IMG/VR virus record: IMGVR_UViG_3300037423_002564
DNA from: a virus
Strand: one strand, 5' to 3'
Length of the DNA: 64,000 bases
The translations under genes were made by a program, and so were the position numbers. Shown here piece after piece: positions 1 to 8,637 of this stretch; position 1 is the stretch's first letter, and each line of letters opens with the position of its first letter. A model generated the notes under the pieces. That model was not told where the DNA came from and did no database searches. It saw only the letters and a program-made list of their open reading frames with translations.

Positions 1-255
1 CGCGCCGTTGCAATCGGGGTCTTCCAGCGCATGCTGGATCTCCTGCACGCCCTGGCGGATGCCGTGGTCCGTGTCGCTCTCGATCACGAGCAGCATCCGT
101 TTCTTCCACGCCTTGACCCGCTTGGGGTAGCCCGGCGCGAAGCACGGCGACAGCACCTGGATGAGGCCGTTCAGCTCCTCGTGGCGGACCTCCTTGACCC
201 CATGCTTGGCGAGCACCGCGGCCAGGTCCGCGAGCACGTTGACCGGCAGGCCCAT
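1..255 (-). CDS. Hypothetical phage protein, partial (runs off window start)
   Basis: ATG at 255-253 overlaps the stop of the upstream minus gene; open GC3-rich frame MGLPVNVLADLAAVLAKHG... to position 1. Confidence 0.6.
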   Translation of the reverse strand, partial: MGLPVNVLADLAAVLAKHGVKEVRHEELNGLIQVLSPCFAPGYPKRVKAWKKRMLLVIESDTDHGIRQGVQEIQHALEDPDCNGA

Positions 256-629
256 CAGGCGCGCCCCGTGACGCCGTCCAGCTCGAACACGGCCTGGTCG
301 AACTTGCGCAACCCGCGGAACCCCTGCATCGGGATGGGCTCGATGCGGCGGAAGCGCCCGGTGCGCTGGAGGTAAATGCCCGGCGGCCACTCCGTCCCCG
401 TGGTCTCGCACACGAAGCCGTTGGGCCAGTTCTTGATGGCGAGCAACGGGTGGAAGCCGCGCACCATCCCGTCGTGGACGATGTAGACGCGGTCCTCCAG
501 CGTGATGTCCTTGGGCATGTACCGCACGCGGTAGTTGAGCACGAGGCCCTCGTCCTCGACGGCCTTCAGCTCCTTCTCGTAGTCCTCCCACTTGGTGGAC
601 TTGGGGATGGTGACGATCCAGCTATTCAA
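255..629 (-). CDS. Possible ASCH/PUA-like domain protein
   Basis: TTG start at 629 behind GAGGAGG RBS, inside track ORF 255..719; RVYIVHDGMVRGF and C-terminal PIPMQGFRGLRKF resemble ASCH/EVE-type motifs. Confidence 0.5.
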   Translation of the reverse strand: MNSWIVTIPKSTKWEDYEKELKAVEDEGLVLNYRVRYMPKDITLEDRVYIVHDGMVRGFHPLLAIKNWPNGFVCETTGTEWPPGIYLQRTGRFRRIEPIPMQGFRGLRKFDQAVFELDGVTGRA

Positions 630-846
630 CGGGGGCCTCCTCGGACGCGATGAGGATGCCGCGGTCGTGGGCGAAGGTTTCGAGGCGGGCGGTGACGGCC
701 GCCGGCGCCTCGTGAACATGGGGCGGGGCCACCGGCACTTCGTGACGGCGATCGTCGGTGGCCTGGTATCCGCCCAGGTCGGCCAGGGCCTTGGTGGCCT
801 TGGCCTCGACCACCTTGCCCAGCTTCCGCAGCCCCCAGCTAAGCAT
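622..846 (-). CDS. Hypothetical protein
   Basis: 74 aa ORF with short overlaps to both neighbours, phage-like codon bias. Confidence 0.6.
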   Translation of the reverse strand: MLSWGLRKLGKVVEAKATKALADLGGYQATDDRRHEVPVAPPHVHEAPAAVTARLETFAHDRGILIASEEAPVE

Positions 847-1672
847 GGATGCCGTTACCCGCCAGCACGAGTTGCTCCACGGTCTTGAGCTGCTCGACGC
901 CCAGCAAGGAGAAGTCCACCTGGCGCAGGGCCACCACCAGGGCGCTGCGCTCGGACGCCGTGGCGGCGATGATCTGGCGCAGGATGTCGAGGTCGTAGCG
1001 GCCCCAGTTGTGGTCCTTGAACATCGCCAAGACGTTGGCGCGCCATTGCGCGGTCTCCATCTCGTCCGTCCACGGCGCGATGCGGATGTCCTTGTGGTGC
1101 TCGGGCAGCATCACGTCTTCGCCCGGGCGCGCCGCCACGCCCTTCATCGTGAAGGGCAACCCGCCCTCGACGATCACGAAGGGGCCGGCCTGCTTGTTGT
1201 ACTCGTGCGTGTGGATCTTCACCACGCGCGTGCGGCGCGGCACCAGGTGCCCCTTGATCAGCACGGCGATGATGTCGTCCTCCTTGAGGGAGCGGCACCA
1301 CTTCTCGGTCTCGTCCTGCTCGGGCTCGACCTCCGCCGGGCGCTGGAAGAGCGTGACCTTGCCGCCCACCTCGGGCGTGGAGAAGCTCATGCCCTTGTCG
1401 GCGCCGGGCATCACCTCGGTGGGGTCGCTCGTGAGCACCAGGTTGCCGCCCAGGGAGTTGGTGAGGGGCTTGTCCAGCTCCGGGCCGTAGTCGCGCAGCT
1501 CGTAGCCCTCGCCCGCGTTGAGCTTGTCGGCCACGCTCTGCGCCTGGGCGGCGTCCGACCAGAAGTTCTCGCCGCCCACCACGTCCGCCTGGTCGTAGTA
1601 GGGGAAGACGGTCGTGATGCCGTTCACGGTCTGGAGGCCGTAGCCAATCGCCATCTTGATGGTGTCCGTCAT
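839..1672 (-). CDS. Hypothetical protein
   Basis: 277 aa ORF, normal composition, packed directly downstream of trxB. Confidence 0.7.
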   Translation of the reverse strand: MTDTIKMAIGYGLQTVNGITTVFPYYDQADVVGGENFWSDAAQAQSVADKLNAGEGYELRDYGPELDKPLTNSLGGNLVLTSDPTEVMPGADKGMSFSTPEVGGKVTLFQRPAEVEPEQDETEKWCRSLKEDDIIAVLIKGHLVPRRTRVVKIHTHEYNKQAGPFVIVEGGLPFTMKGVAARPGEDVMLPEHHKDIRIAPWTDEMETAQWRANVLAMFKDHNWGRYDLDILRQIIAATASERSALVVALRQVDFSLLGVEQLKTVEQLVLAGNGIHA

Positions 1673-1676
1673 GGGC

Positions 1677-2666
1677 TTACTCCTGCGTGCGGAGCCAGCG
1701 CTCCGCTTGAATGGCGGCCTGGCAGCCCATCCCGGCTGCGGTCACGGCCTGGCGGTACTTGTCGTCGACGCAGTCGCCCGCGGCGAATAGCCCGGGGATG
1801 ATCTCGTCGCGCTCCGTGGTCAGGCTCACGCGCCGGCGGACCTCCGTCGACCCGGGCAACGTGTCGATGTAGCCGGGGTACGGGACACCCAGGGCCACGT
1901 CCGTGTCTTCGAGGAAGCGCGTGGCCGGCGCGTGGCCGATGGCGACGAAGGCCGCGCCCACCTCCAGCCGGCTCTTGGGCTTACCGGCATGCTGAAGCTC
2001 CAGCTCGATGCCGCCCAGCTTCTCGCCGTCGCCCACGAACTCCAACGGCTTCGCCATCAGGACGTGCTCGATCTTGCGGTTCGCGGCGCAGCGGCCCTGC
2101 ATGATGCTGCTCGCGCGCAGCTCCAGCCGGCGGTGGACCAGGTAGACCTTGTCGAAGAGCCCGGTGAGGTAGAGCGCCTCCTCGCAGGCCGTGTCCCCGC
2201 CGCCGATGACGGCGACCGGCGTGCTGCGGCCCAGGAAGCGCGAGAGCAAGGGGCCGTCGCAGGTGGCGCAGGCCGTGATGCCCTTGTGCATGTAGGTGTC
2301 CTCGCCCGGGATGCCCAGCCACTTGGCGCTGGCGCCGGTCGCGATGATGAGGGACTTGGCCTGGGCCAGCTCGCCCCGCTCGTTGGTGACGATGTGCCAG
2401 TCGTGGGTGCGGCGGTAGCCCGTGACGGTCTCGACCTCGATGGTCGCGCCCGAGGCGATCGCCTGCGCCCGCATCTCGTCCATCAGGGCCGGGCCCTCGA
2501 TGCCCTTGCTGAAGCCGGGGTAGTTCTCCACGGTCGTGGTGATGGTGAGCTGACCGCCCGGACGCGGGCCCTCCAGCAGCAGGGGCTTCAGGCCGGCGCG
2601 CCCGGCGTAGATGGCAGCGGTGTAGCCCGCGGGGCCGCCGCCCACAATGATCACGTTGTTCGACAT
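1677..2666 (-). CDS. trxB: Thioredoxin-disulfide reductase
   Basis: FAD motif IIVGGGPAGYTAAIY, GGQLTITTTVENYPGF, redox CATC (ACATCDG), NADPH motif VIGGGDTACEEA, C-terminal GLFAAGDCVDDKYRQAVTAAGMGCQAA. Confidence 0.95.
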   Translation of the reverse strand: MSNNVIIVGGGPAGYTAAIYAGRAGLKPLLLEGPRPGGQLTITTTVENYPGFSKGIEGPALMDEMRAQAIASGATIEVETVTGYRRTHDWHIVTNERGELAQAKSLIIATGASAKWLGIPGEDTYMHKGITACATCDGPLLSRFLGRSTPVAVIGGGDTACEEALYLTGLFDKVYLVHRRLELRASSIMQGRCAANRKIEHVLMAKPLEFVGDGEKLGGIELELQHAGKPKSRLEVGAAFVAIGHAPATRFLEDTDVALGVPYPGYIDTLPGSTEVRRRVSLTTERDEIIPGLFAAGDCVDDKYRQAVTAAGMGCQAAIQAERWLRTQE

Positions 2667-2692
2667 CAGGCGCGCACCTGGGCCTGGACTTG

Positions 2693-2698
2693 ATTATA
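2693..2698 (-). promoter_or_regulatory. TATAAT -10 element upstream of trxB
   Basis: Minus-strand GCCCTATAATCAAG about 27 nt before the trxB ATG; no -35 match at 17 bp. Confidence 0.6.
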
Positions 2699-2752
2699 GG
2701 GCACGAACTTCTCCTTGTTGGCGAGTTACATAATACGGTAGCGAGACCAGTT

Positions 2753-2769
2753 GGTCAATCGGTCAGACC
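2753..2769 (-). promoter_or_regulatory. GGTNNNACC operator-like site with 8-bp extension
   Basis: Minus strand reads GGTCTGACC GATTGACC in the gmk-trxB intergenic gap. Confidence 0.6.
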
Positions 2770-2777
2770 AATAGAAC

Positions 2778-3353
2778 TTAAGATGCGACCCTGGACAACT
2801 TGTCCTTATAGGCCAGGATGGCGCACTGGAGCTGGCCCAGCATGTGCTCCTCGGTGTCGGGGTGGATGCGGCCCTCGCAGCGGTCGGCGTACTTGACCTC
2901 CTCGTCCACCAGGGCCAGGCGCTGGGTGATCTCCTCGGGCGAGTTGCCCCGGGCCTCCATGCGCATCGCGAGCACCGTCTTGATGGGCGGCAGCACGAAG
3001 AGCTTGAGCACGCGGTTGGGGTAGGCCCGCTCGAACTGCTCCGCGCCGTCTCGGCACGTCACCACCACGGTGTCGCCCTTCGCGAGCGCGGCCTCCATCA
3101 CGCGGCGATCGTAGCCGTACTTCTCGCCGGCGTACTCGACCACCTCGACGAAGTCGCCGTGGCGCTGCTTGTTGTCGAACCACTCCGGCGTGATGAAGTG
3201 GTAGGGCTGCCCCTCGCTCTCGCCCGGGCGCATCATGCGCGTGGCGTGGCTGATGGGCTCGCTCATCCCCTTGATGTGCTTGGCCGCCGCACGGGCCAGG
3301 CTGGTCTTGCCCGCGGCCGACGGCCCGACCAGCACCACCACGAGCCCCGCCAT
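2778..3353 (-). CDS. gmk: Guanylate kinase
   Basis: P-loop GPSAAGKT, SHATRMMRPGESEGQPYHF, GDFVEVVEYAGEKYGY. Confidence 0.9.
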   Translation of the reverse strand: MAGLVVVLVGPSAAGKTSLARAAAKHIKGMSEPISHATRMMRPGESEGQPYHFITPEWFDNKQRHGDFVEVVEYAGEKYGYDRRVMEAALAKGDTVVVTCRDGAEQFERAYPNRVLKLFVLPPIKTVLAMRMEARGNSPEEITQRLALVDEEVKYADRCEGRIHPDTEEHMLGQLQCAILAYKDKLSRVAS

Positions 3354-3970
3354 TAGGCCAGGGTCTCCGACATCAGCACCTCGGCCTCCAGCTCGACCGG
3401 CGCGGCCGTGAGCTGCCCGGGGATGTAGCCCTTGAGCAACTCGCGGTCGGCCTTCGTCGGCAGGCTCACCTGCACCTCGGGCACCACGGCCATCACGTCC
3501 TCCAGATGGGGGAACGTCTCGATGGCGGTCTTCTTCTCCAACATCTCCAAGTCGTAGGCTTCCTGCTCCTTGATGAAGGGCGCGGACAGCTCCTCGTTCT
3601 CCTTGGCGATGATGGCGTTGCGGCGCTTGGCCTCGACGTGGACCACGTTGGCGTAGTCGGAGTGGGCATCGTACTTCAGGTGGAACGCGCCGGTGTTGCT
3701 CACGTTGATGCTGGCGAAGGCACCCTCCACCCCGTTGCCGTACTTCTGGGCCAGCGCCTTGCCCAACTGCGCGACGGCATCGAGGGCGACGGCCAGCTCG
3801 GGCATCCCCTGGATGGCCTGGACCATCTCGTTGCAGACCGTGCTCGTGGCGACGGGCGACTGCAACGCCACGCCGGGGCGGGCCCGCTTCTTCGTGTTGA
3901 AGAGCTTCATCAGGCTCTCGCGCTGGCTCTTGGTCAACTTGCTCTTGGTGACGACGGTGGTGACGGACAT
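3353..3970 (-). CDS. Hypothetical protein
   Basis: 205 aa ORF, 1-nt overlap with gmk start. Confidence 0.65.
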   Translation of the reverse strand: MSVTTVVTKSKLTKSQRESLMKLFNTKKRARPGVALQSPVATSTVCNEMVQAIQGMPELAVALDAVAQLGKALAQKYGNGVEGAFASINVSNTGAFHLKYDAHSDYANVVHVEAKRRNAIIAKENEELSAPFIKEQEAYDLEMLEKKTAIETFPHLEDVMAVVPEVQVSLPTKADRELLKGYIPGQLTAAPVELEAEVLMSETLA

Positions 3971-3998
3971 GACAAGAGTCTCCTCTATCGGGTGGGGG

Positions 3999-4301
3999 TT
4001 AACCGGGGCAGTCGTTGGTGATGTCCAGGTAGCGGGCGTGGGCCTCGGGGTCGGTGTAGCGGAACCTCTCGGGGAGAAGCTCGGGAACGCCCGCCGCTCG
4101 GAAGGCCCAGCGGATCATGCGCTCGCGGCTCTGGCGCTGGTCCGCGGCTCGGCTCCGCTCGCGTATCCGCTCGTCCAGCTTGTTGTAGTCCTTGCCTTGG
4201 AAGGTAAGGTGCAGGCCCACGTTGAACTCGAACATGTCGATGTGGCACTTCCCGCAGCGGGGGCACCAACCTGTTGGAGGCGGCGTGGCTTGCCCCATCA
4301 T
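3999..4301 (-). CDS. Small CxxC protein
   Basis: WCPRCGKCH motif; 4-nt overlap with upstream gene. Confidence 0.6.
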   Translation of the reverse strand: MMGQATPPPTGWCPRCGKCHIDMFEFNVGLHLTFQGKDYNKLDERIRERSRAADQRQSRERMIRWAFRAAGVPELLPERFRYTDPEAHARYLDITNDCPG

Positions 4302-4486
4302 CCGGCCTGCTTCAGCTTCTCCAGCTCGTGGCGCAGGCGGATGTTCTCCTTCTGCTCGTCCAGAAGCTGGTTGCGCGTGATGCGCAGGTGGATGTTGGCC
4401 TCGTCCCGCTGGCTCGCCACGGTGACGAAGCCCCAGGTGATGGCGAGCATGTAGATGCCGAAGAAGGCGTAAGGCAGGAACCCCAT
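4298..4486 (-). CDS. Small membrane protein
   Basis: N-terminal hydrophobic helix FLPYAFFGIYMLAITWGFVTV followed by a charged coil. Confidence 0.6.
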   Translation of the reverse strand: MGFLPYAFFGIYMLAITWGFVTVASQRDEANIHLRITRNQLLDEQKENIRLRHELEKLKQAG

Positions 4487-4669
4487 CTACTTCACCTTGA
4501 TGTGCGGACGGATGCCGTCACACGCCTTGCAGATGGGGGTGGGCTCGTCGTCCTTGGCCCGGCGGTTCATGCCCTCGGCCCGGCACAGGCTCTGGCCCGG
4601 GTACAGCACCGGGTGCGAGAGCGTCACCTTGGTGACGAGGTGGAAGACCTGGCCCGTGGGCAAGGCCAT
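4487..4669 (-). CDS. Small putative Zn-finger protein
   Basis: MALPTGQVFH...SLC...ICKAC; start re-chosen inside track ORF 4487..4798. Confidence 0.5.
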   Translation of the reverse strand: MALPTGQVFHLVTKVTLSHPVLYPGQSLCRAEGMNRRAKDDEPTPICKACDGIRPHIKVK

Positions 4670-4686
4670 GGGAACGAGGACGTCGG

Positions 4687-4890
4687 TCAAAGCAGGCCCG
4701 CTTTCTTCAGATTCTTCTCGCAGCGCGCGCAGATGTCGCCCTCCACCTGGTCCTCGACCTTGATGGTGGGGGTGCGCATCGCATACGCCTTGGTGCATGC
4801 CAGGTCGCCCTTCTGCCGGTCGATGGAAGGCTGCTCGCTCCCCAGCTCCACATGACGCGTGGACTGCGGGATGGGGTAGAGCTTGTCCAT
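4687..4890 (-). CDS. Small putative Zn-finger protein
   Basis: MDKLYP...RH...LAC...ICARC; same H/C/CxxC layout as neighbour 4487..4669. Confidence 0.5.
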   Translation of the reverse strand: MDKLYPIPQSTRHVELGSEQPSIDRQKGDLACTKAYAMRTPTIKVEDQVEGDICARCEKNLKKAGLL

Positions 4891-4946
4891 CTGGTTGCGG
4901 CGGGCCGGGGCCACATAGTGCCCGGGGAAGGTCAGGGTCGGCAGGC

Positions 4947-5435
4947 TCAAGACTTGCCGCCCTTCTTCTTCTCCTCCTTGAGGTCCTCCAAGTCCGGTAC
5001 GCCCTTGACCTTCATGGCCTCGCCGATGCGGGCGAGCTGCTTGAGCAAGGCGTCCGTGATGAGCGTCTGGCGCTCGATCTCCGCGGCCTTGGAGCCGGCC
5101 AGGGGGTTGGTGAGGCGGTGGCCCTTGTCGTGGGCGAGCACGTACATCAGGTGCTTCACCTCGTCCGCGTCCAAGGTGAGCGTACCCAACGGATCGTCTG
5201 ACGGACCTTCGGTCAGACCATTGGCGTCCCGCTCGATGGCCCACAGCGTCCCCTTGGGCAGGCAGACGGTCACGCCCTTGCCCTCGACCAGATGCGCACC
5301 TTCGGCGAGCTGCTTGGTCTTGATGGCCTTGGTGTCGCTGTCCATGGGGAGCGCGATGACGCGGGGGCTGGCGTCTAGTGGCATCGTGGTGGGCGAGGCA
5401 TCCAGGCCCGGGTAGATGGTGAGTTTACAAGGCAT
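4947..5435 (-). CDS. Hypothetical protein, first gene of the leftward operon
   Basis: 162 aa ORF directly downstream of a sigma70-like promoter. Confidence 0.65.
   Translation of the reverse strand: MPCKLTIYPGLDASPTTMPLDASPRVIALPMDSDTKAIKTKQLAEGAHLVEGKGVTVCLPKGTLWAIERDANGLTEGPSDDPLGTLTLDADEVKHLMYVLAHDKGHRLTNPLAGSKAAEIERQTLITDALLKQLARIGEAMKVKGVPDLEDLKEEKKKGGKS
5195..5219 (-). promoter_or_regulatory. Operator-like site embedded in CDS
   Basis: Minus strand GGTCTGACC GAAGGTCC GTCAGACG; local codons (ggt, gaa, tca) depart from the usual GC3 bias. Confidence 0.45.
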
Positions 5436-5487
5436 TACAAGCGCCTACCCTCTCTGCGAAGCTATGGTCTACCGAGGCGGTGGCGCC

Positions 5488-5516
5488 ATTATATTGGGTC
5501 GGTCGTCTGCATGCAA
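5488..5516 (-). promoter_or_regulatory. sigma70-type promoter TTGCAT-N17-TATAAT (leftward)
   Basis: Plus-strand ATTATA 5488-5493 and ATGCAA 5511-5516, 17-bp spacer, 53 nt above the ATG at 5435. Confidence 0.7.
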
Positions 5517-5599
5517 GCACCCCGAGGGTTTCTTTACAAACCCCTGGAAGTCCGTCACTGTCTAGGTATAGCGCCCAAGCGTGATGGAGACATATAGAT

Positions 5600-6898
5600 A
5601 TGGATGCAAATAGAGATGTGGACTTTTCGATAATCACGGCAGGCTTCGGCACGGCCGACGAACGAGACCATCTCTCGATCGTGGGCGGCCTCTTCCTGGT
5701 CCGCGGCGTCCAGCCCGGGGACACCCTGTTCTTCGAGGACGGCGCCGGAAACCAGCACTACGCCGCCGTCTTGCAGGTCAACAGCGACGACGTACTGGTC
5801 TACCAACCTTTGGTCCGGCCCCCCGACCCGCCGCGGCCGGTTGGTCCGACCGACCTACCGAACGTCCCGGGCGCTGCGGGCCCGACCGAGCTTCCGCCCG
5901 CGAGTCCGATCGACATTCCGCCGGGCGAGTACATGGTGCGGGTGGCGCGCTACATCGTGCAGCCGTGCCCCATCTGCCAGAAGAACGAGCTGGCCCGCGA
6001 GATCGACCACATGCACTGCAACTGGTGCCTGACGGAGATCCCGCTCGACCACGCGACCGTCAACTGCCCGGCCTGCATCCAGGCCATGCGCCAGCGCCTG
6101 GTCAAGGAGCGCTCCATCCAGCAGAAGATGACGATGTTCGGCGGCCGTCGCCAGATCACCGTCCACGCGCTGACCGTCTTCGAGGGCGACCAGGCGCAGG
6201 AGCTGCAAGAGGCGTTCGTGATCGGGGCGCCCGGCGTGCCGCGTCCCAGCCAGGGCTTCGTCTTCGACGAGGTGAAGAAGGCGCAACTCGCCTTGGGTCT
6301 CGACGACGACGGCCTGGGCCAGAAGCCGGCGGGCCTCGTGCAGGGCGGCGTCATCAGCAACCTCAACGAGCTGCGTGTGGCGATGAAGTTCTTCAAGTCG
6401 ATGACGCAGGCGCAGTACCGCGGCATCCACACCTGCATGGCGGCGCTCGAAGCGCTGGTGCAAGAGGCGTGCCGGTACAAGATCGACGACACGCTCGGCG
6501 AGGAGGAGTTGCTCGGCCTGGCCGACGACCTGGCGCACGCCACGGGCCCGGTCTACGGGACGGTCGCGCTCTTCGACGGCATCGAGCATCTGACCTTCTG
6601 CGATCCGCTGGAGGAGCTGATCGAGGAGGCCGACAACTGGACCGAGAACTTCCGCACGTTGAACCAGAACAACCTCCTGGAGGGGCGCTACAACTTCTTC
6701 AAGTCGATGAGCCGCGTGGCCGCCGTGTTCCGGCGCGACGGCAAGGTGGCCTTCACCGAAGAATCTACCCACCAGGAGCGTCTGGCCTACCTGTCGAGCT
6801 TGCCCACGCCGTACTACTACCTGTACCTGGCGGCCAGCAACGTGTTCGCGCGCCAGGTGGCGCAGGCCAACCGGGTTGAAGTCCTGGGAAACTCCTAA
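5600..6898 (+). CDS. Zn-ribbon-containing protein, first gene of the rightward arm
   Basis: GGAGA RBS; CPIC...CNWC...CPAC cluster; 432 aa. Confidence 0.7.
   Translation: MDANRDVDFSIITAGFGTADERDHLSIVGGLFLVRGVQPGDTLFFEDGAGNQHYAAVLQVNSDDVLVYQPLVRPPDPPRPVGPTDLPNVPGAAGPTELPPASPIDIPPGEYMVRVARYIVQPCPICQKNELAREIDHMHCNWCLTEIPLDHATVNCPACIQAMRQRLVKERSIQQKMTMFGGRRQITVHALTVFEGDQAQELQEAFVIGAPGVPRPSQGFVFDEVKKAQLALGLDDDGLGQKPAGLVQGGVISNLNELRVAMKFFKSMTQAQYRGIHTCMAALEALVQEACRYKIDDTLGEEELLGLADDLAHATGPVYGTVALFDGIEHLTFCDPLEELIEEADNWTENFRTLNQNNLLEGRYNFFKSMSRVAAVFRRDGKVAFTEESTHQERLAYLSSLPTPYYYLYLAASNVFARQVAQANRVEVLGNS
5843..5867 (+). promoter_or_regulatory. Operator-like site embedded in CDS
   Basis: GGTCCGACC GACCTACC GAACGTCC. 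Confidence 0.45.
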
Positions 6899-6948
6899 AG
6901 ACCCCGTGGGGCTACCTCCGCGCCCAGGCGCGCCTGCGGGGTCTGTCG

Positions 6949-7329
6949 GTGCCGAAGCGAGGATCGGCGGCGGACAAGCTGCTCCAGCTCTCGATGGACC
7001 AGGTGCTGGAGCGCGAGTTCGTCGCGGCCAGCCTGCCGGTCTACGCGACCTGGGCCACCTTCGGCGGCGACGCCACCAAGACCTTCGGCGAGCAGACCTC
7101 CAAGAACATGGAGCGGCTGTTCAAGCTCTCGTTCCCCTACACGGAGATCCAAGACTCCGCGCAGCGCCAGGCGCAGGAGAGGGCGATGGTGGACCGGGTC
7201 TTCGAGGCCATGGGCTACACCAAGGACGGCGGGCCGGTCACGCCCCCGCCGCCACCGCCACCCACGCCCAAGCGGCCGGGCATCTGGGACCGCATGAAGA
7301 ACTCGTTCAAGCGAGGAGAACCGACATGA
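6949..7329 (+). CDS. Hypothetical protein
   Basis: 126 aa, Pro-rich tail, ATGA overlap with next gene; start uncertain. Confidence 0.6.
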   Translation: MPKRGSAADKLLQLSMDQVLEREFVAASLPVYATWATFGGDATKTFGEQTSKNMERLFKLSFPYTEIQDSAQRQAQERAMVDRVFEAMGYTKDGGPVTPPPPPPPTPKRPGIWDRMKNSFKRGEPT

Positions 7330-7598
7330 CGAAGGATCAGCAGGCGTTGCTCGTCCAGGAGCTGAACATCACGGCCGAGGCGCTCAAGCTCGCCACGGCG
7401 GTGATCGCCGCGAACGAGACGATCAACAAGCAGTTTCAAACCGCCGGCCAGATCGAGGCCGACCTCTTGCGCAAGGCCAAGCGCCGCGTGGAGGAGCCCA
7501 GGGCGGCCCCGCCCCCGCCACCGGATCCGCCGCCGGCGCCGGCGCTGCCGCAGTACAAGGGCCCCGCGAACGGATGGGGCGGGCAGGTGACGGGATGA
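7326..7598 (+). CDS. Hypothetical helical protein
   Basis: ATG 7326 behind GAGGAG, MTKDQQALLVQEL...; ATGA overlaps at both ends. Confidence 0.65.
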   Translation: MTKDQQALLVQELNITAEALKLATAVIAANETINKQFQTAGQIEADLLRKAKRRVEEPRAAPPPPPDPPPAPALPQYKGPANGWGGQVTG

Positions 7599-7870
7599 AG
7601 GAGAAGGAGAGGATCGAGGGCTGGGGCGTCTGGATCGCGGCCACGCACCGCGCCGACATCATGGAAGGCCCGTGGACCCAGTACTGCGGCGATCAGTTCA
7701 CCAACCCCAAGGGCAAGCTCGTGGCCCGGCGCGACATCCACGCCTCGAAGGCCGTGGCGCTGGAGCGGGTGGAGGAGCACCTGGTTACAACCGAAGCATT
7801 TCTTCACACAGCGCTGAAGGACGTCCGCGAGCAGCTTGCAAGCATTCGTGCATTAAAGGCCGACTGCTAG
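7595..7870 (+). CDS. Hypothetical protein
   Basis: ATG 7595 (ATGA overlap), MKEKERIEGWGVW... Confidence 0.6.
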   Translation: MKEKERIEGWGVWIAATHRADIMEGPWTQYCGDQFTNPKGKLVARRDIHASKAVALERVEEHLVTTEAFLHTALKDVREQLASIRALKADC

Positions 7871-7896
7871 TACTTCCCCAAGTCGGGAGCCTCGTG

Positions 7897-7927
7897 TATG
7901 CTGGTCTGACCAACGTACCGAACTACC
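7897..7927 (+). promoter_or_regulatory. -10-like TATGCT followed by operator array
   Basis: TATGCT 7897-7902, then GGTCTGACC AACGTACC GAACTACC, then GGAGG RBS of the 7941 gene. Confidence 0.6.
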
Positions 7928-7940
7928 ATAGGAGGACACC

Positions 7941-8525
7941 TTGGAACTCGCCAATATCCCCATTCCCGCCATCGATCCCCGCCCTTGGCTGAAGGCGTTC
8001 GCCGGCAACATGGAAGCCCAGCTCCAGGCCAAGGACAGCCAGTACGGCGTCGACGCGTTCCTGACGTCGAGCTACATCTCGCTGGCGGCCGAGGCCGGCA
8101 AGCACCTGGCGATCGCCACCGGCGACGCGCTGCTGCTCAAGGACTACGAGGGCGTGCGCAAGCACTGCGCCCACGCGGCGAACTTCCTGGGCTTCATCGC
8201 CACGAAGGCCCTGATCGACGCCGCCAACGCGGAGGACGAGGTGCTGGCGAACTTGCAGGGCGAGTCCGTGCCCGAGCCGCCGGCCGATGTCGTGGCGGCC
8301 TCGAAGGATGCCCTGGCGGCGGCGGAAGCGGAGGCTCCCGCGGCGGCCGTGGACCCTACGACCACCTCTACTCCCTCGACGGATACGGCCGCGTCGTCCA
8401 TGACCGAGGCTGCCCCTGCGGCCACGGACGCGGCGAAGCCGTCTGACGACCAGGGCAGCTTCTCCAGCACGCCCCCCGCGGCGGCCCCCGACGAGACCAC
8501 CCAGGGCCCCGGCGGTTCGCTCTAG
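7941..8525 (+). CDS. Hypothetical protein with acidic Ala/Pro/Thr-rich tail
   Basis: TTG start with GGAGG RBS; helical N-terminus, low-complexity C-terminus. Confidence 0.7.
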   Translation: MELANIPIPAIDPRPWLKAFAGNMEAQLQAKDSQYGVDAFLTSSYISLAAEAGKHLAIATGDALLLKDYEGVRKHCAHAANFLGFIATKALIDAANAEDEVLANLQGESVPEPPADVVAASKDALAAAEAEAPAAAVDPTTTSTPSTDTAASSMTEAAPAATDAAKPSDDQGSFSSTPPAAAPDETTQGPGGSL

Positions 8526-8535
8526 TCGTCCGTAG

Positions 8536-8637
8536 GTCATAACCGGCCAAGCGCGAGAGCCCGGCCGGAGAATGACATAACCGGGTGCGGTGTTTCCCCG
8601 GGGAAGTATCGCACCCGACCCGTCACCCTCATGTCAT
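8536..8637 (+). ncRNA. Candidate structured cis-regulatory RNA (5' leader)
   Basis: Hairpin 8543-8568 with GAGA tetraloop; about 16-bp G-U-rich hairpin 8582-8617; competing pairings GTCAT/ATGAC versus ATGACAT/ATGTCAT; no known family recognised. Confidence 0.45.

Noticed and set aside
5421-5600. Replication origin at the strand switch (AT-richer, three TTACAA)
   Set aside because: The repeats are few and irregular, and the AT richness is explained by promoters. Support is insufficient.
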